DNA of 64,000 nucleotides from Octopus vulgaris. Taxonomy: Eukaryota. Numbering within the stretch: position 1 is the stretch's first letter; each line of letters starts with the position of its first letter. Position numbers and translations under genes: made by a program. Positions 1-13,670 of the stretch are shown here, in pieces. The notes beneath the pieces are model-generated. The model did not search any database and was not told where the DNA came from. It saw only the letters and a program-made list of their open reading frames with translations. The DNA lies in contig OX597831.1 in NCBI GenBank assembly GCA_951406725.2, positions 81,716,001 through 81,780,000 of the forward strand, written 5' to 3'.

Positions 1-401
1 TCTATTTCCGTATCTATATCTATGTATGTGTATATGTGTGTGTGAACAATTTAAATACTCTTTTAAAGTCAAAACTCTGCAAGCTGTTGGAATTCACAAA
101 ACGGATCGTTAGTACATTTAATTGGTATTTCCATATTTCAGAGTTATGACGCCTATATCAGCAATGGCTGCTAGCCAGCCAACAACACCCGAAGATTTCC
201 TCAAGAAGGAGCGTAACCCTAAAATATTGAAATACCAGGCAATAGTCCAAACCATCGATCTAATTTATTGATTTTTATAACTTGCATTGTTTGGGTTTTA
301 AAAAAATAAGCACACACACACGTACACACACACACACACATACATACATATATACATACATAATACATACATATATATGCATGCATGTATACATACATAC
401 A

Positions 402-467
<66 letters not shown>

Positions 468-741
468 TGGTATATTTCGTTAAGAACGTAGCAGAGTACA
501 GTGTAAATCTCGTCCACCTTCAGATTTGACCCTGTGCTGTTCTTGAAGCAGAGGTTGTGAACTTACGGAGACAATATTTACATACTGCTTGAGGAAATAC
601 AACTAGATCTTATAATGCAGAGAAACAGTCGTATAATAAAGTACCTGCAGGCCTGGAAAACTAAATTGCCTGGAAACAATTGTAGTGATTAAAAAATAAA
701 TGTCCAACCGTACTCCTTCTTGTTGACTCCAAATATTTTTC

Positions 742-795
<54 letters not shown>

Positions 796-1503
796 GTATA
801 TATGTATATATATAAATATATAATCTATATATAATGTATATGTATATATGTCTCTGCTAGTTGTTCTTTGTCGTAGTGGAAGGTCTCAGTGTTCTGAAGG
901 CTCTGCGATCAATGCCATCGGGAATCTAGTACTACATTACAGAAAGCAAGTAAATGTAAATCCATTTTGTTTATCTCTCTACACACATAAAATAAAGGAG
1001 ATTACCGCGACATTTCTCATGACTGGTTAGCCTATATTGCGAGGATAAATACCGCTCTGCCTTCGAAAAGAAAATGATAGCAATCGCTATTTAAAACAAA
1101 TACAAACTACGACTTAACTGGAATGACTAGACTACATCACATTCTATACATTTGCAGATGCTGTGATAAATAATTAACCATTCTGCCAACGTTTTTTGAG
1201 AGCGGTTCGATAGGTTTCACCTCAAAACATTCAGATTTGAAATAGATGCGGCATCTGAACATCCAATCAACCCTCCACTCCTTTCCAATTGTAGTTTTCT
1301 TTTTTATCGACCCTGAAATGATGAAAGACAAAACTGACGTAACAAGGATTTGATCTAGGAACGCAAGCTGTTGAAATATTCATGTACGTATGTCTGTTTG
1401 TCTGTGTGTGCATGTGAATGTATGTGTCTATGTATGAAGATACACAGACGTACAGAGAGAGAGAGAGAGAGAGAAAGAAAGAAATATGTACATTACTATC
1501 TAT

Positions 1504-1539
<36 letters not shown>

Positions 1540-1610
1540 ATATATATATATATTCATATATGTGCATGTGTGTTTTTTACTTGTGTGCGCACACAAAACA
1601 CATGCTCATC

Positions 1611-1644
<34 letters not shown>

Positions 1645-2245
1645 CACACATTGACGACATCAATCCCTCCGTATGTCACACTACCTTTCCGTCCATTGAA
1701 GAGGAGAAAGCTACGTTTTTAATTTGGTCGTATAATTACTTAAATGTTTCCCTCACAGAAACTAGTCTTTATGAAGCCAACCACTTCAGTGTCGGTTCGT
1801 CACTTCCTCTTGTTGCAGCCTAAGGATGGGGGGAGGGCTTACTCGAGGAGCAGGGTGACGGGGTCATATTCAACACACCTTTCACTGTTAATGGCCGGGA
1901 CAAAAGACAGTTTAATGATGTTAAAGGAAGAAGAAGAAGAAGAAGAAGAAGAAGAAGAAAAAGAAGAAGGAGGAGGAGGAGAAGGAGGAGAAAGAAAGAG
2001 AAAGGGAAAGTGAAGATAGAGATTTTTGTCGTAATATGTCAAACATTAACTTCCTGTGAAATTCTTTTTAATTTCATTCATCTTATTTATAATCTCAATT
2101 ATCATTTCTGCTCCCTCTTCTCCCCTCTCCCCCCCCTCCACATCGTGTCTGACTGAATTAATGGCCACACTTTCGTAGGCAAATTTTTATGCACCATCCT
2201 CACATATAGATTCTTTACAGACGACCTGAAAGTATGTGTGTGTGT

Positions 2246-2346
<101 letters not shown>

Positions 2347-2599
2347 TGTGTGTGTGCGTATGTGTGTGTCTACGTGTATCACATAAATGGGTGACACGAA
2401 GAGACTTGACTTGGTTCGGATATTTTCAAGGAATGCAGCAGTGAATATTGGCCAAAACTGATGTTCCACCTGGATGTAAAACGAGGGAAAAACTGGAAAA
2501 CTTACACGTTAGCCATAGCAATACTTCTTTTAGAGTCTTGAGTCTTTCTCTGGAGTCTGTCTAGGAACGCTACAAGGTATCGCGCGATGGATGACAATA

Positions 2600-3630
2600 A
2601 ATGGTGCGACTGCATTTATAGCAAGAAATATGTAAACCAGTGGGGATATTAGAACAGGATAAAACTAAATATGGTCCTCAGTGCCTCTGGATACGGCTTA
2701 CGATGTGCTTGCTGTCCCAGTAGTTATACCAACATTAAGGCTGTTCGATTTGGCCCTGGAATCTGGAAACTCCAAAACTATTAACCAGAAACCCAAATTT
2801 CCATATAAACAGTAATAATGATCCTTTCTACCCAAAATGAAAAGAAGGAGATTCTTAACGAGGATCCCGTCATAGTTTGGATGTTGCATCATATGCTTGT
2901 GGTAGCATCTATTAACTGCAAATACGGATCAAGTCTGTATACATAAAGCATATCATGGGAGTTGGAAAGGGGTTTCTAGAAAGGTTCCTGAAAGCATGAT
3001 CAAGGGTATATACCCAGGGAGGAGGTGCAGCTCTACTACAAGATGAAAGGTTGCATAATATCAACAAAATGTTAGGTCTGGCTATATTGATAGAAAGCTT
3101 GAAAATCATAGCAGCATAAATGGGGAAAGTTTTAATATTTCCGAAGCCAACAACAGGAACATCAACTTTCGTTTTGAAAGATGCGTTTCTGTGTTTTAAG
3201 AAGATGAAATAACAGCAAAGCTCCTGAAATTCAAATGGGTTTGTAATGTGCAGATACTGTGGCATCAACACTGAAGATGCCACCTACAATGTAAACTGCT
3301 GTCCAGGAGGAGTTCCAAAACGATATTATGTGCCAAAAGAGGCATGATGTTGTAGCCAGAACATTGTGCAAGGCAATCTGCTGAGAAGATGGTTGTGAAG
3401 AGTAAAATGTAAGACGCTGGAGTTATGTAGACGGAATTCAAACCTTTTGTACTATAATGAAATAGTCATGCCGAAATCTCTTGAACATTATATATAAGGA
3501 TCCGACATAATGTTGCGGGACAACGAAAGAATGTTATTCGACAGAGCAAAGCTAATAAAAGGAAAGATAAGCTTCTGTGTTGATCATCGAATGAGAAATT
3601 TGAAAATAAAATACCCAATACTTGTGGTAA
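2600..3630 (+). pseudogene. Old, highly degraded REL (R4/Dong-like) non-LTR retrotransposon fragment
   Basis: Manual translation gives LAVPVVIPTL (~2708), zinc-knuckle remnant CRYCGINTEDATYNVNCCP (~3248), RHDVVARTLCKAIC (~3340), SDIMLRD (RPD-like, ~3501) and RNLKIKYP, in the same order as in the intact elements at 5-9 kb. Many stops and frameshifts; boundaries approximate. Confidence 0.65.
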
Positions 3631-3639
3631 CCAACGAAC

Positions 3640-3850
3640 ATGGTTCTGGACCTAACTACAAGAATATAATCTCACACAATGCATTAGAAGTGCCAAAAAT
3701 GGTACCAACATTTGGAATAATTGACAGGTTTATAAAGGAAATCCAATCCATAGATATTAAACTCCGCAAAATGTTGGCATCAAATAGAAGCTTCTACAGA
3801 AAGAGTGAACTCAAAGTTTCTATCTCTGAAGAAAAGAATGGCGGAAAAGT
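3640..3850 (+). pseudogene. Second degraded REL non-LTR fragment (RT thumb region)
   Basis: ORF 3510..3902 contains IISHNALEVPKMVPTFGIIDRFIKEIQSIDIKLRKML...EEKNGGK. This parallels INALAIPVVTYSFNIVNWSITEICQLDRKIRKLL...RKEGGRG in the 5353..7116 protein. Confidence 0.65.
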
Positions 3851-4325
3851 TTTTCTCGAAATTTTGCTTTTTACAGCTTGTTTAAAGCAGTCAAGCTCCT
3901 AAATTCATTACCGTTTGGAGATGGTTTCATCCGGTGCCGCAGTTTTTCTTTGTCTATTTCCACTTTGTTCATTTTGGGTTTTGTTTTTTTCTTTTACACT
4001 TCTGCGCATTTTCTTGTCCTCGTTTTATCGTGGCATCCTGTAAACTCCTGTGCAGACAGTCTTTGTTCATGCCATAAATTCTGCTATTCCACTATTTTCT
4101 TGATTTCAGTCTGTTTTCGTGTTTCTTGCTTATTTTGAAGACGGAAAGCATCATTTTTTTTTTCGTGTTTTAAACTTATTTCTGTTAGTTTTCTGTTTTT
4201 TTATCAGCTATTTTTTGTAATCCGTGGGTACCTTATAATAATCATCTTCTTGTGCAAAACCCCTCCTCTTCAATTCAGGGTAAATATGATACTTTGCATG
4301 TGAGATGTTAGGTGGTGTATTCTAA

Positions 4326-4718
4326 GTGTAGCTGTGTGATAAGTAGCTTGCTTACGAACCACATGGTTCAGGGTTCAGTTCCAGTGGCACCTTTGGCAAG
4401 TGTCTTCTACTATAGCCTCGGGCCGATCAAAGCCTTGTGAGTGGATTTGGTAGATGGAAACTGAAAGAAGCCTGTCGAATATATGTATATATATATATGT
4501 GTGTGTGTGTGTATATGTTTGTGTGTCTGTGTTTGTCCCCCCAACATCGCTTGACAACCGATGCTGGTGTGTTTACGCCTCCGTAACTTAGCGGTTCGGC
4601 AAAAGAGACGGATAGAATAAGTACTGGGCTTACAAAGAAAAAGTCCTGGGGCGATTTGCTCGACTAAAGGCGGTGCTCCAGCATGGCCACAGTCAAACGA
4701 CAGAAACAAGTAAAAGAG
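4326..4718 (+). mobile_element. tRNA-derived SINE family A (internal TA/TG microsatellite, GTAAAAGAG tail)
   Basis: tRNA-like head with A/B-box-like motifs, CORE-like GGCAAGTG segment. Closely similar copies at 13362, 22012 and 24775. Confidence 0.85.
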
Positions 4719-4983
4719 TTCATATACCAGCTCCTTCATAATACTATGCTTACAAATTTTGGTTGTTCAGTTGAAGTATTGTTGGCATTCAGTTTAGAAT
4801 TTACATTTACCTCTGTTATTTTAACCAAACGCCCTTACAATATTATTTTCTAATTTTTTCTTTCATTTGTCTGTGTCACAATCTTGTCTGGTTCAGCGAT
4901 TCTTAAATATTTTAAAGATTGTGTTTGATCTAATTCACTTATCTCTCTTTTTATGTGATATTAACATTTCTAATTCAATTACC

Positions 4984-4989
4984 CTTCTT

Positions 4990-5075
<86 letters not shown>

Positions 5076-5130
5076 CATCATCATTATTATTATTGTTATT
5101 ATTGTTATTATTATGATTATTATTATTATT
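4984..5130. repeat. (CTT)n-(ATT)n microsatellite abutting the 3' end of Dong element A
   Basis: Seen directly. Confidence 0.95.
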
Positions 5131-7115
5131 CTATGTTTGACTTTTGCTTTATATTTGTACAAGTTGGCTCCAAGTCTCACCCAGAGACCTCAAGAGACAA
5201 CAGGGTTGGAAGTTCATGTTGTTGTTATGCCTAGTGTGCCATATATTTGGGGGGTGGGGATGTTGTACTAATGAATGTCTAAAAAAAAAAAAAAAAAAGG
5301 TTTTTTTTTTTTTTTTTTTTACCGAAATTTATGTTTGTTTTAAACCTTGAGATTACATAGAGAGTATTTTGCGTAGGATATGAGCAGTTCCCATGAGCAC
5401 TATCTTTTGAACTTCTGCCATTTTTGGGTTTCCTGGTATCTGAGTTAGGTAGCTATCAGCCCCTTTTGCTATCATTCCCAGGGCACCTATGACAACAGGT
5501 ATTGTTTTAGTCTTCAGCTTCCACATTTTGCTGATTTCTATTTCAAGATCTTTATATTTGCTCAGTTTTTGGTAGGTCTTGACAGATACGTTTATATCGA
5601 TTGGGACAGTCATATCAATGAGGAGGCATGTTTTTTGTTTGAAGTTTTTCAATATGATGTCTGGCCTATTTGCATCTATCTTCCTGTCAGTTTGAATGGT
5701 GAAGTTCCAGAGGAGTGAGATGTGGTCATTTTCAAGCACTGGGGGTGGTTTGTGTTCCCACCAGTTTTTTTCATGGGGCAAATCCAGGTTTTTACAGATT
5801 ACCCAGTGAATATATTGTGCAGCTCTATCGTGCCTGTTGAGATACTCTGTAGGCGCTAGAAGACTGCACTTGGAGACCACATGGTCAATGGTTTCATTTT
5901 GTTGCTTGCATACACGACACGTTGGACTGCTTCTGATCTTTAATATGTTGGCCTGGTAGTTTCTTGTTGGTAGGCATTGATCTTGAGCTGCTGTGATAAA
6001 CCCCTCTGTTTCAGATTTTAAGCCAGAGGCCATTAGCCATTGATGGGTCAGGGCTTTGTCGATATCTGCATTATTCGCTCTCTTTGGGTATTTGCCATAG
6101 AGAGGTTTTTCTTGCCATTTATTATTCAGAATATCTAAGGCCGCAGTTTTGGCACGGGTTTTCATGCGCCTAGCTTTTTCTGTGCTTGTTTCTTGTATAT
6201 CTATCTCTAATTCCGAAATTGGTTGTATTCGGAATTCACTTAGATATTCCTTTGCCTGTTTTGTGACTGAGTATGATGCTTTCTTGTTTTCATGTTTTGA
6301 GACAAGTTTTAGCATCCAGTCCTCAGAGTTTTTCAGGTAAGTGTCTAGGCCAATTGTAGCAATCTTCATTGTTATTGCCAATTGCAAAAGACCACGGCCT
6401 CCCTCTTTTCTTGGCAGATAGAGTCGTTCTGTATCTGCCTTAGGGTGGTGCATTCTATGCATTGTCAACAGTTTCCTTATTTTTCTGTCGAGCTGACATA
6501 TTTCAGTAATTGACCAGTTAACAATATTGAAACTGTAAGTCACGACTGGTATAGCTAATGCATTGATTGCTTCGATCCTGTTTCTTGCATTCAGCTCTGT
6601 CTTGTGTATTGCTCTCACTCTTCGATAGCATTCTCTCCTGATCCTTTCCTTCATCTCTGAATGCCTTATTCCGTTCCCTTCAATTATCCCTAGGTACTTG
6701 TAGCTCTCCGCTGGGTCTAGTTCTTTTATGACATTCTGTTGGTCAAGGTTAACGTTAGATGTTTCTGTCATTTTTCCTTTGATAAAGGTAGCCTTTGCAC
6801 ATTTATCGAGGCCGAATTGCATTTTGATGTCGTCACTGAATTGTTTGACTATCGCTAGTAAGCCCTTGAGTTGTTGATCATTTTTTGCAAAAAGCTTTAA
6901 ATCATCCATGTAAACGAGATGATTTATATTTTTATCAAACATTTTATACCCGTACTGCGCGTCATTGAGCAGCTTTGAGAGAGGTATTAAGGATAAACAA
7001 AAGAGGAGTGGTGACAGTGAGTCACCCTGGAAAATGCCACACGAAATTTTTACATCACCAGCATTTAGGGATTCACTGTCACTGTTCAGAGTTAGTGTGG
7101 TTCTCCATGATCTCA

Positions 7116-7116
<1 letters not shown>
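5131..7116 (-). mobile_element. R4/Dong-type non-LTR retrotransposon A, 5'-truncated, inserted in (TAA)n
   Basis: RT plus REL ORF, ~220-bp 3' UTR running directly into (TAA)n. The 5' end also abuts (TAA)n. Confidence 0.92.
5353..7116 (-). CDS. Partial RT + CCHC zinc knuckle + restriction-like endonuclease (stop-free, 587 aa, N-terminally truncated)
   Basis: GIFQGDSLSP, YMDD, YKYLG, GGRGL, CRVC-x7-H-x4-C, RHD, RPD, LIDMTVP, KLSKY motifs. Confidence 0.93.
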
Positions 7117-7200
<84 letters not shown>

Positions 7201-7203
<3 letters not shown>

Positions 7204-7435
7204 TAGTTTTATTTTTATAGCGTGCTTTCACTTCACTACCGAGCGCAGCTCTGTGTGCCTTGGGTATGTGCTGTGATTTGTTGTGATGCTCTGATGGTTA
7301 TTGTATGGAAAGTGTTCTGCGTAGGATGTGTGCAGTGCCTAGTAGTGCAATTTTCTGTATGTTATATGTGTTTGTAAGTCCTGGTGTTTTTGTTATGTAT
7401 TTGTCTGAATATTTTTTTATCATGCCTAATGCACC

Positions 7436-7436
<1 letters not shown>
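7201..7436 (-). mobile_element. 236-bp 3'-terminal copy of Dong element B
   Basis: Appears identical to 7624..7859 by eye; (TAA)n on both sides. Confidence 0.92.
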
Positions 7437-7523
<87 letters not shown>

Positions 7524-7552
7524 CATCATCATCATTATTATTATTGTTATTA

Positions 7553-7623
<71 letters not shown>

Positions 7624-7626
<3 letters not shown>

Positions 7627-9208
7627 TAGTTTTATTTTTATAGCGTGCTTTCACTTCACTACCGAGCGCAGCTCTGTGTGCCTTGGGTATGTGCTGTGAT
7701 TTGTTGTGATGCTCTGATGGTTATTGTATGGAAAGTGTTCTGCGTAGGATGTGTGCAGTGCCTAGTAGTGCAATTTTCTGTATGTTATATGTGTTTGTAA
7801 GTCCTGGTGTTTTTGTTATGTATTTGTCTGAATATTTTTTTATCATGCCTAATGCACCTACTATGATAGGAATTGTTTCTGTTTTCAGATTCCACATTCT
7901 AGTTACCTCTATTTCCAGGTCTTTGTATTTTGAAAGTTTCTCCATTTCTTTTAGAGACACGTTGTCATCTGCCGGTATTGATACATCAATTAGAAAGCAT
8001 TTTTTTCTTCATGATCTCTGACAACTATATCTGGTCTGTTGGCCTTAATTTCTCTATCTGTGTGTATCGGCATATCCCAGAGTATGGTTGCTTTCTCGTT
8101 TTCTGTGACCTTTTCTGGTGTGTGCCTATACCATCTTTTTTCTGTTGTTATTCCATAATGTTGGCATAGCTTCCAATGTATGTAGGTTCCAACTCTGTCA
8201 TGTCTGTGAATATATTCCTTCTTAGCCAGGACTGGGCAGCCAGAGATAATATGATTTATTGTTTCTTGTCCATCTCCACATATTCTGCAGTTACTTGTAA
8301 TATTTCTTTTCATTATATGTTTTTGGTAATTTCTGGTGGGGAGGCTTTGGTCTTGTGCTGCAATTAAAAATCCCTCTGTCTTTGCTTTGAGTCCTGAGCT
8401 TCTCAACCATTGCTGGGATTTTTCTTTGTCTATTTCTTTTGCGTTTAGTTTAGTCCAGTATTTACCATGAAGGGGCTTTTCTTGCCATCGTTTTATCATG
8501 GTTCGTTGCTGTTCTATTTTTAGTCTGGATTTCATTTGTTTTATAGCTTTTGTTGTTTCTTCATCTTCTTCTTCTTCTTCTTCATGTTTATTAGGTGGTA
8601 TGATTTCTTGTTTGTATTTGTCAGCTTCCTTAAATACTGAGAACAGTTTTTTGTTTTGCTCGTGTTTTGCCGCTATCTGGATCAGTTTTCCTTCCTTCTG
8701 AAGTAGATATTTTTGCAGTCCTATGGTGGTTATTTTATAGTAGTTTTCCAGCTGTATAAGGCATCTACCACCTTCTATACGTTGTATATATAGTCTTTCT
8801 ATGTCAGATTTTGGTTGATGCATCCTAGATCCTGTCATTATTTTTCTTGTTTTCCTATCTATTTTGGTCAGTTCATTTCGTGTCCAGTTAAGGATATTGT
8901 AGCTGTAACTTATAACTGGGATAGCTAAAGTGTTGATACCTATTATCTTGTTTTTAGCATTGAGCTCTGTTTTTAGTATTGATCTAACTCGTCTATAATA
9001 TTCTTTTTTTATTTTCTCTTTCATTTGTGTGTGTTGTGTCTTATCTAGTTCATGGATTCCTAAGTATTTGTAAGTTTGGCTTTGGCCTAATTCTTTTATT
9101 TCATTGGTTTTATCTAGTGTGATGTTGTTACTCTTAACTAGTTTTCCTCTTTTCATGGTTACTTTGGTGCATTTTTCTAATCCAAATTTCATATCTATTT
9201 CATCCAAT
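7624..9208 (-). mobile_element. R4/Dong-type non-LTR retrotransposon B, 5'-truncated
   Basis: ORFs 7990..9207 and 7721..7960 plus a ~100-bp 3' UTR; flanked by (TAA)n. Confidence 0.92.
7721..9207 (-). pseudogene. RT thumb + zinc knuckle + REL endonuclease of Dong B, one frameshift in the homopolymer at ~8000
   Basis: FGLEKC, YKYLG, CRICGDGQETINHIISGC, RHD, NRPD, then KLSKYKDLEIE...GTAHILRR in another frame. The frameshift could be a homopolymer sequencing error. Confidence 0.88.
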
Positions 9209-9212
9209 ATTA

Positions 9213-9295
<83 letters not shown>

Positions 9296-9312
9296 CATCA
9301 TTATTATTATTA

Positions 9313-9388
<76 letters not shown>

Positions 9389-9586
9389 CATCATTATAAA
9401 TTACATTCAGGCATCCATCACAAATTCAAGCAGATTTTATTTTTCATCCATATTTTAAAATCTTATCCTTCAAGCACTCATATGCTGAAATCGACAAGAC
9501 TATCCATCATCATCATCATCATCACCGTCATCATCATCATCGTCGTCATCGTCGTCATCATCATCATCATCATCATTATTATTATT

Positions 9587-9921
9587 GTGGCAAGGGCGGC
9601 CCATGTAAACAGACCTACTCTGATCATATGCTTGCAAGGTGGAGGGGTTGAGAAGGAGTGAGGTGCCTACCTGACGTACTCTTGGCTGTCGGAGTGACCA
9701 GGATGTGTGGTTCTCCTTGGTTGGCCCAGGGTGGAACTCCTCCTATTGGGAAATTTTATTGTTAAATTTTTGTTGTTATTGTTTTTTGTTTTTTTCTCCA
9801 CACGAATTTCTTTCCAAAGCCCAACTTGTCCCTTTTTATTTTGTGTTCAACACCTCACTTGTCCCTTCTGTTGTATTGTCACTTTTTGTTTTGTGTTCAG
9901 CCCTTGTGGCCAATGAAGAAA
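9587..9921 (+). mobile_element. 3'-terminal fragment of a Tx1-like LINE (ORF2 end + 3' UTR)
   Basis: VARAAHVNRPTLIICL resembles the C-terminus VARMARMNDEATLTMIL of the 52.7-56.3 kb element. T-rich UTR ending CAGCCCTTGTGGCCAATGAAGAAA, like 56320..56343. Confidence 0.7.
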
Positions 9922-9960
9922 CCATCGTTATTATTATCATTGTTGTTGCTATTGTTGTTA

Positions 9961-10353
9961 AGGCGACGAGCTGGCAGAATCGTTAGCATGCCGGGCGAAA
10001 TGCGTAGCCGTAATTTGCCTGCCGCTACGTTCTGAGTTAAAATTCCGTCGAGGTCGACTTTGCTTTCATCCTTTCGGGGTCGATAAATTAAGTACCAGTT
10101 ACGCACTGGGGTCGATATAATTGACTTAATCCATCTGCTGTCCTTGTTTGTGCTCTCTGTGTTTAGCCCTTTGTGGGTAGTAAAGAAATAGGTATTTCGC
10201 CCGACATTACGTTCTGAGTTCAAATTCCGTAGAGGTCGACTTTACCTTTCATCAACTCGGAGGGCGATGGAATAAGTACTAGTTGAGCCCTTGGGTCGTT
10301 GTGATCGACTTACCTCTAGCCATGAAAGCTGGCCTTGTGCCAAAATTTGAAAC
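9961..10353 (+). mobile_element. SINE family B (Meta-domain-like core), one full copy plus an adjacent partial copy
   Basis: AGGCGACGAGCTGGCAGAATCGTTAG head, GGTCGACTTTGC(C)TTTCATCCTTTCGGGGTCGATAAA core. Homologous copies at 32221, ~12120 (-) and ~1290 (-). Confidence 0.8.
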
Positions 10354-10755
10354 TGTATAGGAGTGGGTTACTCTTGCGTTTGTTTTAAATGTATCATTTA
10401 AAAAAAGAAATTATTACGCTTTTATCTCCACATCTCTCCACATTATGTGCTTAATTTATATCAAATGTTCAACACTTCCGTAGATATATTGAGTACTATC
10501 TTTGTCTTCTTGCTTTTTATATTGTAGTGCATCCGCACATTTTTCTTTTACTTTTTTTTTTTGTCTTTTGCAAAACCTGCGAATAACATTTTTATTGTAT
10601 GAAAGCGCTCTGCTTTGAAGAAAACATTATTGTTGCAGAGTAGATAGACATCTTGGGACTCAGAATCTGGTGGAGTTGAGTTGGCCCTTTATCATTCGAG
10701 GTCCTTAAAATATATACTAGTTACATAGCAGGGGGTCGAACCCAAACTATGTCAG

Positions 10756-10826
<71 letters not shown>

Positions 10827-11197
10827 ATGTATATTTTGTTGGGGCTTTGACTTAATTTAATCATCGCTGTTGCTGTTATTGTTTGGGTATGTTGTTGTTG
10901 TTGTTGTCGGTGCTTTTGGCGTCATGGTGATTTCGTCGGCATTTTCTGTAAGTAATATTTTGAAATAACATGTTCCTTGAAATGTGAGTCACATCTCAAG
11001 AGATAAAGTCAATTAGAAAACCGTGTTTGGTGACAAGATTTTGGCCGGATTTACAACTTTCTCTACACTTTTCTGATCACTGATCTTGTCTCAGAATAAC
11101 GAGAGAAGGAAAATGATCTATTATTATTCTTCTCTGTTGCTTTTTCGGCTGTTACTTTCAATATTATCTCAAGAAAATCTAATACAAAATAATAATA

Positions 11198-11267
<70 letters not shown>

Positions 11268-12119
11268 AGCAACAACAGCAACAAAAATGTCCAAATAAGA
11301 AAATATTTCAACCGACGATGAAATATGGTGGCTGAAATTCGGAAAACAATGTTCTCTTTTGAAGGATTCTGATGCGGTTGTAATCCCCGGCTTATCTCGT
11401 TGTAAGAACACTCCCTCCCCCTCTAACATACACGGCTACCCCCAGCAGTTGATTAATGTAGCACTTAATACAAACATTTCACTTTATCAACAGAAATAAT
11501 AAAATAATATTTACGCTTGTTATTAATAATAAATCTAGCCACGCGCCTAATTCCAGGCATGCATTGTATCCCGTGTCCACCTTGTGTGTCATCCAGTCAC
11601 AATTTCTCTGACAGCCGACATATTGTCCTGTTCGAACCAATTCAATTCAATATCAGTGACCTTCTGATTATTTTCATCGATCTCTCATGGATTGAACTGG
11701 TCTTATCTTTACTGACCAGATAACTTCAATTTCTGGGGGTTTTTTTTCTCCTTAAAGTTTTGAAATATTCCTCTTTCTTTTTCTGTTCTCTTTTTTTTTT
11801 CATTCTTTTAGTGAATTCAGTCACTGCTTTTTTGGCCTTGTTGGGGCCCTAGATTCAATAGATCTTATCGCATATGTCAGCTCCTCTATTCTGCTGTCTT
11901 GTAGATATATTTTATCGTTCTCGTAAGATATGGAATGTTGAAGGGACATGGGTGCAAGAAGGATTGTAAATCAATCGGATATTAATATCGCAGGGTATTT
12001 CTGTTCCAATGCACCGGTTTACATCATTCGCTTTTATAAGCACGCATGCTATTCATGTAGGCGATGGCGGGATTTGAACTTAGAATTAAAGAGTCGGAAC
12101 AACACTGCACTAGACTGGT

Positions 12120-12215
12120 TCTTATTTTCGCAACACCAAGAGGATGAAAGGCAAAAGTCGATGCCGGTAGGATTTGAAATCGGAATGTAAGGAAAGGGAA
12201 CATGCACCGTAAGAT
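12120..12215 (-). mobile_element. SINE family B degraded fragment
   Basis: AGGATGAAAGGCAAAAGTCGA is the reverse complement of the family B core. Confidence 0.6.
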
Positions 12216-12332
12216 ATTTCGTGGAACTTTGAAATGAATTAATTTGCAACTTAAACTTTTTAAGAAGGAAAAAATAACGACAGGCAAATCCCTCCCTCCT
12301 TGTAATTAATTTATGGTTTCATAGAAATTTAT

Positions 12333-12424
<92 letters not shown>

Positions 12425-12589
12425 TGGATTCGTGTACATTCTTGAGACAATTTGTGTAGCGTATTTTCTTCAATAAATTTTTAGAATACCCATTTTAATC
12501 ATCTATATTTTTTTAATTAACTAAATTTTCTTTCGCATTACTTTAAACAAAAGCAAATAAAATTAGCTCTTTGTACCTCACTGATATAT

Positions 12590-13007
12590 TATAATAAACT
12601 TCCTCATATCCGGTACTCAAATAGCTAGAACTCTCACACATCCGGCACCAAGAAAGAAGAAAAAAGAAAATACGTGGCTAATTACAGACAAGTGAATTTG
12701 TGCTAATTTGTGTTAATTATACAATTGTCTTTAAGAGAATTTTTCTATCATACATGAATTGTTTCTTCTCAAAGTACAGCAAAGTATTTTATTTAAACTC
12801 GTTCTTCAACTATTTTTTTTTTATTTCTTCCTATTTGTCTTATATTCAGAGTATTAATAATAATATTTGTGTATATATATATAGAATTTTAATGAGGTTT
12901 ATAAGGTGCAGTGCTCGTTTGAAAAGGAAAGACCAAATATCCAGAAATTTCAGTTATCTGGCAACACTCCGGTTCCAGTGGTGCCTGATAAGAGGGAGTT
13001 TGTTATA
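12590..13007. mobile_element. Degenerate TA-flanked MITE (pogo/Tigger-like)
   Basis: TATAATAAACTTCCTCATATCCGGTAC versus reverse complement of the right end TATAACAAACTCCCTCTTATCAGGCAC. Confidence 0.55.
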
Positions 13008-13135
13008 GGTAGCTGGGGTCGTCAATGAGCCAGAAGGATGGTAATCCGTTCGAAACTGTCAACTACTCTGAATAACATCTTTAAATGAAACAGATGTTAT
13101 GACTACACATACACGCATGCAGGCAAAAATGCAGG

Positions 13136-13168
<33 letters not shown>

Positions 13169-13214
13169 GTATGCATGTATATATATATATATATATACAT
13201 ACATACATACATAC

Positions 13215-13277
<63 letters not shown>

Positions 13278-13361
13278 CACATACATACATACATACACAT
13301 ATACATACATATATATATATACATATATATATGAGTTTGCGTTTATGTCTGTCATTCTATC

Positions 13362-13639
13362 GTTTTACTTGCTCCAACGAGTGGAGTGCGGCCACGCTGG
13401 AGTATCATTTTGAAAGATTTAGTCCAACAAATCGATCCCAGTACTTATGTTTGAAGTCTGGTTCTTATTTTATCCGTCTCTTATGCCGAACCGCTTAGTT
13501 TCGGAGATGTAAACAAAACACCCGTTGTCAAGCAGTGGTGGGAGACAAGCACATACACAAACACTTATATATACACATATGTATACATATATATGTAGAT
13601 ACATATATATGTTGGTATATATGTACACATGTATGTATG

Positions 13640-13670
<31 letters not shown>

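Noticed and set aside
123-238. Short inverted repeat with a hammerhead-like remnant
   Set aside because: Too degenerate to call.
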